DNA of 64,000 nt from Lobosporangium transversale (lineage: Eukaryota). This document shows, piece after piece, positions 47,875 through 59,600 of the stretch. The stretch is from positions 248,001 through 312,000 of the forward strand of contig NW_019028992.1 of the NCBI RefSeq assembly GCF_002105155.1. The letters are read 5' to 3'. Position numbers and translations under genes: made by a program. Position 1 is the stretch's first letter; every line of letters starts with the position of its first letter. The notes under the pieces are model-generated. The model saw only the letters and a program-made list of their open reading frames with translations, was not told where the DNA came from and searched no databases.

Positions 47875-48376
47875 CAGATTCCAATAGTAGATACAGTAAT
47901 AAATCTATTTGTCATACAGTATAAAACCCAAAGAACTTCTTTCTCAATAAAGCCTTCAGTTTACCCATAAGTCTTAAGTTTCTCCTATCTGTCTTGTTCT
48001 TGACCTGCAGTTTATCTTGCCTTTTTATCCTTTTCCCCTTGTCCCAACAAGCATTCGCCTTCCGGTAACTCAGTTTGTGAGCTCACCTATAAAGCTCCCA
48101 TCTTCCCTTTTTGGCATCCTATGGCGCTGTTTGTCGTCAAGGTTATTTACCTCTATTTTCTTTTGTTATTCTAGTTGACACCACAACCTATAAATCGTTT
48201 GTAATTCTTTATTTAGTCCCAGAATCGCATAAAGAATATCAACATCTATTCTGGGCTACGTACGACTTTGATAAGATAAATATTCTGGTCAGTATTTGAT
48301 GCTTGGGTATCGAGCTTGTGTCATGGAAGGCTTCCTGGTAATGGTATTTAAGACTGAAATAAAGACCCCGTACAAA

Positions 48377-48778
48377 GGATTAATCTATTTGGCAGCCCAT
48401 ACCAAATATAGTAATTTTTGCCTCTATTTGGCAGCCTACTTCAGGGGGCTGCCACTTAACTTCGCACTCTTGGGTGGCAGCTGGGCTGCCAAATACATTA
48501 CTTTTTTTTTTTTTTTTTTTTTGATAACAGGGTCATAACATCAGTGGTAAAACAAGCAGCGTTCTGTGGATACATTGCCTTGCACAGCAAATGCCGCCGG
48601 AGGTACTAAGGGCAGCGGCGATGACATCTTCACAAAACAGCCCTCAATGTACACGGTTAGGGAGCGATTTATTGAAGACGTCTAGGTAGCAGGTGAGACG
48701 CGTTTGCTCCGAGCGAAAACCTCTCATAGGCATTGATCTCCAAATGGCACCTCCAAAACTGTATGAGCGGCCTACTTG

Positions 48779-48822
<44 letters not shown>

Positions 48823-49053
48823 AAGTCATTAGTTTTTAAATGAGACAAGACAATGTCACTACACATAACTATGACGTAGAAGACGGGAGCTTTATTAATT
48901 TGAAGTATGAGCGTTATATACATATACGGTTCCTAGGAATGAAAAAAAAAAAAAAAAAAAAAAAAAAATAGTTAGAGGCCAAATAACGCTGGGTAGGCTG
49001 CCAAGTAAATAATGAATGTTATTTGGCAACTGGGCTGCCAAATAGATTAATCC
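48377..49053 (-). mobile_element. Mutator-like non-autonomous element, copy B
   Basis: TIR GGATTAATCTATTTGGCAGCC; perfect 9-bp TSD CCGTACAAA (48368-48376 and 49054-49062); subterminal TTGGCAGCC repeats. Confidence 0.9.
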
Positions 49054-49092
49054 CCGTACAAACAAATAATATCATCATTGGAAAAAAATTGT

Positions 49093-49811
49093 GGATTAAT
49101 CTATTTGGCAGCCTAGTTGCTAAATATTATTTGGCAGCCCATTGCCAAATATAATCAACTTTCAAGACTCTCTTTGGCAGCCCAGTTGCCAAATAACATT
49201 CATTATTTACTTGGCAGCCTACCCAGGGCTATTTGGCCTCTAACTATTTATTTATTTATTTATTTATTTTTTTTTTTTTTTTTCATTCCTAGGAACCGTA
49301 TATGTATATAACGCTCATACTTCAAATTAATAAAGCTCCCGTCTTCTACGTCATAGTTATGTGTAGTGACATTGTCTTGTCTCATTTAGAAAACTAATGA
49401 CTTTTTTTTTTCAAGTAGGTCGCTCATACAGTTTTGGAGGTGCCATTTGGAGATCAATGCCTATGAGAGGTTTTCGCTCGGAGCAAACGCGTCTCACCTG
49501 CTACCTAGACGTCTTCAATAAATCATTCCCTAACCGTGTACATTGAAGGCTGTTTTGTGAAGATGTCATCGCCGCTGCCCTTAGTACCTCCGGAGGCATT
49601 AGCTGTGCAAGGCAATGTATCCACAGAACGCTGCCTGTTTTACCACTGATGCTATGACACTGTTATAAAAAAAAAAAAAAAAAAAAGTAATGTATTTGGC
49701 AGCCCAGCTGCCACCCAAGAGTGCGAAGTTAAGTGGCAGCCCCCTGAAGTAGGCTGCCAAATAGAGGCAAAAATTACCATATTTGGTATGGGCTGCCAAA
49801 TAGATTAATCC
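49093..49811 (+). mobile_element. Mutator-like non-autonomous element, copy C (inverted relative to B)
   Basis: Same TIR; perfect 9-bp TSD AAAAATTGT (49084-49092 and 49812-49820). Confidence 0.9.
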
Positions 49812-49836
49812 AAAAATTGTTTGCTAATTAAAAGAA

Positions 49837-49908
49837 TTCCCAGTCCGGGGATCGAACCCGGGCCTTGTCGGTGAGAGCGACAAATCCTGACCACTGGACC
49901 AACTAGGA
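49837..49908 (-). tRNA. tRNA-Glu (CTC)
   Basis: 72-nt cloverleaf TCCTAGT...TGTCG-CT-CTC-AC-CGACA...CCGGGTTCGATCCCCGG-ACTGGGA-A, followed by a T-run. Confidence 0.95.
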
Positions 49909-50038
49909 AGAGGTTAAAGTTTTATCGTAAATCTGCTATCTACGTATCCTTTTCTTCATTATTTCCATCATCATTCAGTACTTTTATCATTATTTCCTTT
50001 ATCAATCCTAGTATTTAAATCACTTTGGCTTCTTTTTC

Positions 50039-50117
50039 GCCCAATGACTGAGTAGTATACTCGTCAGGGCACCCTCCTGTCTAGCCCAGGGGCCGGGTTC
50101 GAGTCCTGGTTAAGGCA
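50039..50117 (+). ncRNA. tRNA-like Pol III element (SINE head, pseudo-tRNA or unknown ncRNA)
   Basis: A-box-like TGACTGAGTAG, B-box GGTTCGAGTCC inside a proper T-arm, GCC...GGCA ends; no canonical anticodon arm. Confidence 0.45.
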
Positions 50118-50700
50118 CATAAAGTGAAGCAAACATGTGCCAGGTCAGGGATTTGCTTGAGTTTTTATACTTTCTCTCCGAGACAGCCTAGTGTTCTCCG
50201 CTAAGGCTAAGATCGTGGGTGCACTACCCTAAGTCGCCTGGCTGGCCACATGTCTTAGGTATATATTCCACCCCCCAGCCGAACCAGCGGTACATCTGGC
50301 AGCACATCCCCCCATCCACCCACTTGACTAGGACAGCGATGATCACAAAGTTTGACGGAGTCCAAAGTAGAAATTTCAGACCAATTCCGCAAGATTTGGG
50401 TCCACATGCCAGTGGATTTGATCGAATAGAAAAAATTAAAAAGTCGTCCTTAGCTAGAGTCGGCACGCCAGCCTCCGCGGCTTTTCACGGGCGCAACAGG
50501 CCACATCGGAAGGATGGACTTCGAGTACCGATCACGGTGTACATTGGTAGAGAAAAACATGGATACGAATTGGCTCTTCACAGCCATCCCGTGCGAACTT
50601 TGAGAGTTTCGCTTGTTTCATAGTTGAGGGCGATATCATTACTTTAGAGCGAGATTATGAAATAAAATTCCTCACCTCTGTGGGTTCTTGTTAACAGGAA

Positions 50701-50732
<32 letters not shown>

Positions 50733-52690
50733 CACTTTTGATGCTATTTTGCAGCATTCTCCAGGACTATCATTGTTGATTTATGATCCTTTAGTGATCT
50801 ATTTGTCAGATTATCCTCCTTTGGCACTTTGTCCATTTATGAATTTATCTTTTGGCACTTCGTCCAACTTTTTATTATCATTTTGTTCATTTCTGTCAAT
50901 CTTTGGGATCATTGACAGATCTTTCCACGTCAGTTTGGTGAAAAAATCACTGTCTTAAGAACCGGGGGGTTATACTGAGATGCCCTTAAAAACCGCAGCG
51001 AGACGCAAATACATAGAACACACTGAAGTGTTGTACCAAGATAAAGGTCGAACGCATCACGACTCTTCTCCGTACACCATCGGATACGCTACATTTACAC
51101 ATTCCCTCTCTATACACACATCTTCCACACCCCTGTTAGTGCACAAGAGTGCCAACGACATCACTCATCATGGAGCCTGCATTAGGAAAAAATCAGCAAC
51201 ATGATCCACCCAATTTGGACAGAAATGTCCTTCATTCGAAAAGAGCTCGCATTCCAAATAGCGGAATCGGATCTCAAAGACAGCCCACCAACCAAGAAGT
51301 CGGTCCCGCAAGCGGCATAGAGGCGAGCGGGAGCCGCGTTGACGAGGGAACGGGCTCTAAGAGCCGTCCTTCGTATAGCCGCAGCCTGGATGCAAATGGC
51401 TTGCGTGCAGCTACACAAGAACAGGACGCAATGGACGAAGACGATGACGCGATGGCCACTGTGGGAATCACAGAATGGCAGGAAGTGAGACGCACCAAGG
51501 ATAGGCTGAAGGCGGCCGGCGTCTTCCTCGAGGACCTTTATGGAACAACGGTTGCCGAAAAAAAGAAAGACCTAGAAACAGTCTTGTTGGATGCTGCCAT
51601 CTATTGTACAGAAGGACCACACAAGGTTAAAGTCAATGGATATACTGCTTTCCGCGTTGCTGTTGAGGATCAACCATCCCTGACAGCGCTCCTGGAAATG
51701 ACTGCTACACACAGGGATGAAGACGGAAATGAACACGAAGTCCCATTGTTTTTTAAAATAAATACCGACACCCGTGAACGTGAACTGGAACGCACAGTGG
51801 AGGTTTATGGTATTGCTCCTAGGACTCCGGAATTCCTTATCAAGTCAGCAATGCTGCAGTTCGGTACTATTGGAAAGATTGCAACCCGCCCATGCTCCAA
51901 GGGAGTCAAAATCACCGCAGCAGTAGTTTACAACAATGTTGAGGACGTCACAAAATTCAAATTGGCCAACCGGGAGCACGTCTTCATTGGAAAAGAACTC
52001 GCGCGCATCCGCAAAATCGGCAATGAACGAGTCGAGTGGACATTGACACACGTCGCAAAAATCTCAGGTCTCCCTTTTGGAACGACAGACAAGGACTTGG
52101 AGCCTCTCCTTGGAGAAAAGCAAGCGAATTTCGTCAAAGTGCCACGCTATTTTTCAAAGGACGGGAAGAAATGGCAATATCAACGAGAAGCATTCGTGTA
52201 TTTCCCCTCTGCAGAAGCAATGGCGGAAACTATGACTAAACCAGTCAAAATCGGGGGCATTGAGACTTTCTGGGGTGATAAGGACGACAAACGATGCCGA
52301 CAATGCCACAAACCAGGACACATCATGAGGGAATGCGAGGTATTCATTGCACTCCAGGAGACAAAGCAGCACATCAAAGCTGTCAAGGAATACCAAAAAG
52401 GGAGGAGCACTGAAAGTTGTACCACAACTCTCATACGCCAAAGCCGCCACGGGAAAGAGTGGAAGTGTTACTCAAAGCAACCAACAGAAGGCACAGGAAG
52501 AAAAAACCAATACCCAAAGTTCTGGTCAAACAAACGTCATAGGAAAGAAAAGCAACACTGGTGCAGTCGATAAGAAAATCCAGCAACTGGTAGATACAGT
52601 GGAACGCCTACAGGAAGAGCAACAACAACTACGTGCTCAAAACAGTCTACTAATCCAAATGTTAATAGGAATGATGAGCCAACATCTTGG

Positions 52691-53641
52691 TGCAATGTTT
52701 TAACCTAATTGATATAGCTTACTATGTATATGGAACCAAAGTTCAATAGGACAAAGAGAGGGGTCTCTATTTCTGGACAGACGACATCTTATATACTACA
52801 CTATCATGCAAAACTGAAAGTATAATTCATTCCCATGTCCATTTCTTTTTCTCATTCCTAGAAACCGTATATGCATACACCACTCACACTTTGGTTTAAT
52901 AAAGCTCCCGTCTTCTTCTACGTCATAGTTATGCGCTGTGGCATTAGCTTGTCTCATTTAGAAAGTTAATGACTTTTTTGTTCATGCAGGTCTCTCTTTC
53001 AGTTTTGCATGTGGTCTCAAATGTTGCCCATGACAACATCTGGTCGTCATTAAATGCGAATAAAAGAAGGACTTTCTCTCTTTCCTTTATGAACACTTGC
53101 TTAACTCTCTCTTAACCACACCTTCACAGAATATGAGACCCACTCCACAAAGGAAAGTCAACGAAGCCAGGAGGTTAATGATGGCAGGCATGTCTGTTGA
53201 ATGGTATAGAATCCCAGTGGACTTCTGCCGCAAACTCATCATAGGTATTCATAAGAGACTCCAAGCTGTCAGTGACGCCCATGGTTGGAATACTATCTAT
53301 TGATGTAAGGATATGGCTTACAAAAGAATAAAGATCTTCGGCCTTCGAATGAGCACATGCAAAACTGAAAGAGAGACCTGCATGGACAAAAAAGTCATTA
53401 ACTTTCTAAATGAGACAAGCTAATGCCACAGCGCATAACTATGACGTAGAAGAAGACGGGAGCTTTATTAAACCAAAGTGTGAGTGGTGTATGCATATAC
53501 GGTTTCTAGGAATGAGAAAAAGAAATGGACATGGGAATGAATTATACTTTCAGTTTTGCATGATAGTGTATAAGATATCGTCTGCCCCACGTGAGTGGTA
53601 AATTAAATCATCGTATACGCTATATGGGTCTATATGGTGCA
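52691..53641. mobile_element. Probable solo LTR (about 180 bp once the nested Tc1 is removed)
   Basis: TG...CA ends and 5-bp TSD CTTGG (52686-52690 and 53642-53646). Confidence 0.7.
52799..53568 (+). mobile_element. Tc1-like non-autonomous element with about 215-bp TIRs
   Basis: TIRs 52799-53013 and 53354-53568; TA TSD. Residual ORF fuses a transposase N-terminus (MRPTPQRKVNEARRLMMAGMSV) to a C-terminus (EWYRIPVDFCRKLI...RLQAVSDAHGWNTIY*). Confidence 0.88.
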
Positions 53642-53876
53642 CTTGGAATGAACTTCGCAGCCGAGCACCTGAAGGCAGCAGGACTGAGTGGAGAGTTCCA
53701 CAGGAACGTGCCCAAAAACAAAGGTAAGTCAGCTGCTATTCCAGGCATGCCTCCTACTAACGAGTCCCTAGCAGGGATTATGGCTCTCATAGCAAACGGA
53801 GCAGGTAGTAATGAAAAAAGTAGAAAAGAAGAGAAATCAACCTCAAATGGATTGCCGCCAAAACCACTAGTCCATA

Positions 53877-55226
53877 ATGAGTAATGCAAGCACTCAAAAT
53901 AGAGAGGACAATACTAGATCTAATAGCAGTGCTATTAAATTTGGATCATTTAACATACGGGGTGCGCTAGAAGCTGGGAAAATAGAAGCGTTATGTGAAT
54001 ATGGTGATATGAAAGGTTTAGATATGATAGCACTCCAAGAAACCAACATGCATGTTGGAGGGAGTAAAATGGCAAGAAATTTGAAACAAACTAAATATAA
54101 AATGTGGTGGGTGAGTGGTAAAGAAGGTGCAACACAGGGAACAGGGGTTGGGCTTTTGATCGCTCAGCATTGGTTCCAGTACGCTGCGAGAACTTCATCT
54201 TGTGGGAGCAGAGGCCAAGCGAGAGATTTCAACTTTCCTGGGGGATTTAAAATCAGAGTAATTAACTGCTACCTACCAAGCGGAAGGGAAGAAGAAGCAG
54301 AAGTAATTACTAAATGGATACAAAAAGAATATAACGACGCGAGAGAAGAAGGAGGGGTATAATCATTCTTGGGGATTTCAATGCTACTAGGAACCCCCGG
54401 CTCGATCGACGACGAGAGAACGCAACGAGTATAAGACCAGAATCGGCACTACTTCAATGGATGGAGACGCAGGCACTTCATGATGTTTTCCGCGCTCAAC
54501 ACCCTCTTCGTGAAGACTATACCTGCCAGAATACGAGCCGTATAGATATGATATTTGTATCTAGTGTATTCACGGATAGGCTTCTCAGGGTCAAACACAA
54601 ATCATTGGATGGTATTGTGGCGTCAGACCACAAAATGGTCACTCTAGAAATGACACTGCACCGCCTTATTCAACAACCACTTCATCACATCATTTACAAA
54701 AAACCCAAGGGCTACAAATTCTTACTTCGCGATGCCAGCAACGACGATTGGGAGAATTTTGAGAACGGTGTGAATATAAGAATTGGAGACGGCAGCGAAT
54801 CTCTACAATGGGCCTACGGAGAGCCCAGAACGACGATGAAAAGGATCTCTTGATGCCAGAAGACCTTCAAAGAATCGACATTGACCTTGCATGGAAATGG
54901 TATTCAAAGCTGCTCATAGAAAGCGCCAAAGAAAAATTGCCAGGAAGAGTGGTTGGTCGGTCTGGAGTGAAGCCAGAACAAGAATTGTGTCTCCGCCACC
55001 TCATACGTGATCTCGCTAAAATTAAAAAATTGGCAAATCAAATCCGCAGAGGATTATCAACAGTACAAAGAGACGCAAGATGGACAACACTGGTAGAGCA
55101 GCAGAAAAAATTCAATAAGAATGCTGAGTAGTTGAGGCTGCAAGGACAAGGGGAGATCGAAGGCCTCACTACTATACCGGACACGAAGGATAGCGACGAT
55201 GTATGGAAAGATTGGGTAAGAGGAGT
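53877..55226 (+). pseudogene. LINE ORF2 5' part: APE endonuclease, frameshifted
   Basis: SFNIRG, ALQET, GVGLLI, INCYLP, ILGDFNA, SRIDMIF, SDHKMV. Confidence 0.9.
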
Positions 55227-55439
55227 TGCAAACGTGTTATACAATACTGACTCAAACCTTTGAGGAGGGCTCAACTATCACGCGCACCCCAGGCGCCAAG
55301 ACGCCAAGCCCAAGTGCCAAGACACCAAGCCCCAACCCTATCAATTATCAGTATAAATAGTCCACTACGTTATAGCCAAATAAAGTATCCTTTGACCTTC
55401 GATTCCACCTAAGATCACCTTTGATTGTTACTATTTACA
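55227..55439 (+). repeat. 5' LTR
   Basis: TGCAAAC...TTTACA; contains TATAAATA and AATAAA; matches 61357-61569. Confidence 0.97.
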
Positions 55440-55451
55440 TGGTAGCAAAGG
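55440..55451 (+). promoter_or_regulatory. Primer-binding site (initiator tRNA-Met type)
   Basis: TGGTAGCAAAGG directly after the LTR; complementary to the GCUACCA 3' end of eukaryotic initiator tRNA. Confidence 0.8.
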
Positions 55452-55588
55452 TTCATCGAACCACCGACCCCGCCAGAAACCGCTTATATTTCCCTCTGAT
55501 ATTTTTCCCTAGATCCCTCTGATATTTTCCTTAGATTTCCTAGATAAAATTTAAAAATTTACCCCTGCATTTGATTTTTTTTTTTGCC

Positions 55589-56560
55589 ATGGACAACCTC
55601 ACCACTTCCTTGAAAGCTCTTAACCTTGATGCCAGTACCAGCCTATCCGTGCAGAACGCTGTGCAAACCTTCCTCGAATCCCGACAGGATAGTGCTTCTA
55701 GCGCTGCCGCCTTTAATGACCATGTCCGCACGGTGGCTGCTGTGATAAAACCTACCAAACCAGAACCATACGAGGGAAATGTCGACGCTGTCGCGGTCCT
55801 CAACTTCTTGGAGAACCAAGAAGAGTACTTCGAGATCATGGAGCTTAACCACTCCCGTTGGGTCCGATATACCGTTGTCAACCTGAAAGGAGACGCCAAG
55901 GCATGGTGGCGAGACTCGGAAATGACAATTGATACACCATGGGACACTTTCCGAAGTAAATTCATCGAAAACTTCACACCCCCTGACACGGCTTCTTCAG
56001 CCCAGAAAGCACTGGTTCAATTAAAACAAGGTAAATCCTCAGTAGCGGAATACACTGCCAAATTCCGCCGCCTCCAACGCCTCACACCCAAACTGGAGGA
56101 ATCATGGCTTGTCCTCCATTATACCTACGGCCTTGTAGAAGACACAAGCAAGGAAGTCCTCCTTCGCCAGCCTCAGACTCTCAACCAGGCCATCAAGCAG
56201 GCTACGATGATCCACAGCATTTTACATTCCTCTAGACCCCCCATCATGACAAGCCAAACAAGCCAACCCACACCGACCCCGATGGACCTAGACGCAATGC
56301 AGATGATGTTCAATAACTTCCTACTACAGAGTACAAACTCCACAGGCTTAGCGAACTTCCATCGCCCCCCCTCGACTAACAACAGACCACTCTCCAAGCT
56401 CACCGAAAATGACAGAACAAAACTGCGCCGCGCAGGCGCTTGCTTTCGCTGCAGAAAGAAGGGACACATGGCCAAGAACTGCCGCGTGACTAGGAACTTG
56501 AACAACCTGGAACAACAAGACGACTACGACGACTCGGGAAAAGAGGAGAGCGAGCTGTAG
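55589..56560 (+). CDS. gag: Retrotransposon Gag
   Basis: LKGDAKAWW, LKQGKSSVAEYTAKF, PTPMDLD, knuckle CFRCRKKGHMAKNC. Confidence 0.95.
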   Translation: MDNLTTSLKALNLDASTSLSVQNAVQTFLESRQDSASSAAAFNDHVRTVAAVIKPTKPEPYEGNVDAVAVLNFLENQEEYFEIMELNHSRWVRYTVVNLKGDAKAWWRDSEMTIDTPWDTFRSKFIENFTPPDTASSAQKALVQLKQGKSSVAEYTAKFRRLQRLTPKLEESWLVLHYTYGLVEDTSKEVLLRQPQTLNQAIKQATMIHSILHSSRPPIMTSQTSQPTPTPMDLDAMQMMFNNFLLQSTNSTGLANFHRPPSTNNRPLSKLTENDRTKLRRAGACFRCRKKGHMAKNCRVTRNLNNLEQQDDYDDSGKEESEL

Positions 56561-56580
56561 ACCAGGCCAGCCTCGCTCTC
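56536..56580 (+). promoter_or_regulatory. Putative -1 ribosomal frameshift signal (gag-pol)
   Basis: G GGA AAA heptamer in the gag frame, then stem GAGAGCGAG/CTCGCTCTC; the -1 frame is open into pol. Confidence 0.8.
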
Positions 56581-56622
56581 ACCACCAACCCTCGAGTCCT
56601 GGGCTCTAGAGGGCGTAGTCAT

Positions 56623-59600
56623 ATGGATTTAAGTAGTAACAACAGTAATAAAAACTCTAGTTCTCCTAAATCCATGATTATGCCTTCTCGCTCCTCTCCC
56701 ATATTTTCTCTATCCTCTCTCTTATCTCTACCCTCTAAAAGCACCTTGCACCACACCACTTCCATTCCTCCGGATTCCCTAAATCACCTCTCCCCCGATT
56801 CCCATCCCGCGTCATCTGTCACTGAAATCAAATCATCTTCAAACCAAGACACAAATGAAAATTCACCTACCCCCTCTACTTCCCACGAACACCTTGCTAG
56901 TAAACCACCCCGTCGTCGTCGTCGTCATGCCACACACCTCCAATCCCTGTCCGCTGTCTACACCAATGCGAGACGACTACTAACCTTCATTGGGGCCGTC
57001 AACGGACACCCTGCGCGAATCCTCATTGATGGTGGAGCAGAAGGAAATGTATTGAGTTCAAAATTTTGCAGAAAACATAACATTATCATAGACAACGCGA
57101 ACCCTATCCCTATCATTCATCCGAATGGCACAGCAGTCATGTCCCCAGGAACCGCATCTGTTACCCTTGAACGTGGTTCCTATGGTGAAAAGATTCAAAG
57201 TATCATCTACCCCTCGAAAAAATATGATCTCATCCTAGGGAAACCTTGGCTAACCGCAGTCAATCCCCAAATCAACTGGCGCACTAACGATTTACACTTT
57301 GAACACGATGGTAAACACATACTATGGGAATGTCGAGGGCATACCTCCTCCTCCGCTCGTCAAAATTGCCTTTCTGCCATAAACTTTGCTGCATTAGCAT
57401 TAGAACCCGAAACGACAACATTCTTGGCCCAAGTAAGAACCACTTCACCACCAACAAACCTAGACTCAACACTACCCGAATCGATTCAACAAATTGTCCA
57501 AGTAGAATTTCCAGACCTCTTTCCTGACACACTACCGGACGGACTCCCTCAGGATCGTGGCGATAGCATGCGAATCGAGACTGAAAATAATACCGATCCA
57601 CCTGTAAGACCAGTCATTCGCTTATCAATTGCTGAATTAGACGAACTAAAAACACAACTCACAGAACTACTGCGCAAAGGCTTCATCTCTCCAAGTACAT
57701 CACCCTACGGAGCACCAGTTTTATTCGTTAAAAAGAAGGATGGCGGACTGAGGATGTGTGTAGACTACAGAGGATTAAACAAAATAACCCGTAAGAATCG
57801 CCATCCACTACCAAGAATCGACGAGCTAATAGATCGTTTCAGGACAGCACGATTTTTTACAAAGCTCGACTTACTATCCGGATATCATCAAATGCGCGTT
57901 CATCCAGACGACCGACATAAAACGGCATTTCGAACACGCTACGGTCACTATGAGTTTAACGTCGTCCCTTTCGGACTCACCAACGCACCTGCCGCCTTTT
58001 CAGCCATGATGCGCAACGTGTTGGATCCCGTGCTGGATAAATGCACCGTAGTTTACCTAGATGATATACTGATTTATTCTGATAACAAAGAGCAACATCT
58101 ACAAGACATCAGAAACGTTCTTAGGCTCCTACGCAAGGCAGGCCTCTTTTGCAAGCTTTCCAAGTGTTCATTTATGCAAGAGGAGACAGAGTTCCTAGGC
58201 CATGTTATATCCAAAGATGGACTCAAAACAAACGGAGCACTGGTTAAGGCAGTTAGAGAATGGCCAACACCCACAACACAGCGCCACGTCATGCAGTTCC
58301 TTGGATTAACAAACTTCTATCATCAATACATCGACCACTATGCTGATATCGCGCTTCCCCTTACTGATCTGTTAGGCTCAACTACAACATTCTACTGGAG
58401 CAAGCCTCACCAAGAGGCCTTTGAAAGACTGAAGCAGGCAGTCACCATGGCACCCGTACTCAGAATTTTTGACCCTGCCCTAGCAACTTCCGTCGAAACT
58501 GATGCATCAGGTTTCGCCATTGGTGCAGTCTTGTTCCAAACAGATCACAAGGGCGAATCGCGCCCTGTTGCCTTTACATCACGAAAGTTGAGCTCTGCAG
58601 AACGAAACTACCCAACCCATGAGCAAGAATTACTAGCTGTCGTCCACGCCTTAAGAACATGGCGATACTATTTGGATGGATCTCATTTTATTGTCTATAC
58701 TGACCATGCCACATTGCAGCATTTTCCAACCCAGCCAAACCTGACTCGGAGACAGGCCAGATGGATGGAACTCCTACAAGAATACGACTTCAACTTCAAG
58801 TACAAACCAGGCAAAGACAACATCGTCCCCGACGCTCTCTCAAGGAGGCCTGACCACAAGGCGCAGGATCCCGCCAGTGAGCAGATTAACTCCATAGAAA
58901 TAAGTTTGGACCCAGGCTTACGGCAGCGCCTGATAAAGTGTTACCCATATGACCTTAAGTTAGGATCACTTTACGAAAGCTGCCGCGAGGCAAGTCCCTC
59001 TGATCGTTATTTTGTTGCTGATGACCTATTGTGGATTAACATCGCTGGACAGACACGTTTATGTATCCCGAATGATCCTAACATTCGCGCTCTCCTACTT
59101 CATGATGCACATGATTCTCCCATTGCTGGCCACCTCGGCTTCGAGAAAACATATGAAACCATGCGAAGGACTTTCTTTTGGCCACGAATGGCCCGAGACA
59201 CCAAGACTTACATTGCATCATGCGAACAGTGCCAGCGAAATAAACCACTGCTTCATCATCCTGCCGGATTATTCAAACCTCTCGATATACCTCTTGAACG
59301 ATGGGAAACTGTCACCATGGACTTCATTGGCCCTTTACCCAAGACGAACCGAGGGTTCAATGCCATAACTGTATTCGTAGACAAGTTATCCAAACAAGTC
59401 CACTTCTGCCCTAGCCATACAACGGACACTGCTTCAGATATCGCGCGACTCTTCTTCAATAATGTCTTCCGACTCCATGGCATGCCACGAGCTATTGTAT
59501 CGGACAGAGACTCAAGATTCACGGGACACTTCTGGACCACATTGATGAAGCTCATGGGAACTAAACTCCATATGTCTACAGCATTCCATCCTCAGACAGA

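Larger units (their letters stand above)
51169..53884 (+). pseudogene. LINE ORF1 (RRM-like region, CCHC knuckle, coiled coil), frameshifted near 52400 and interrupted at 52691-53641
   Basis: CRQCHKPGHIMREC knuckle, SYAKAA motif; the stop overlaps the ORF2 start at 53877. Confidence 0.85.

Noticed and set aside
50039..50117. tRNA-Sec or suppressor tRNA (GCCC..ATGA start and CTGTCTAGC resemble tRNA-Sec)
   Set aside because: No TCA anticodon loop, the acceptor stem is poorly paired, and the arm lengths do not fit.
50219..50623. ORFs between the tRNA-like element and the LINE
   Set aside because: No recognisable domain on either strand.
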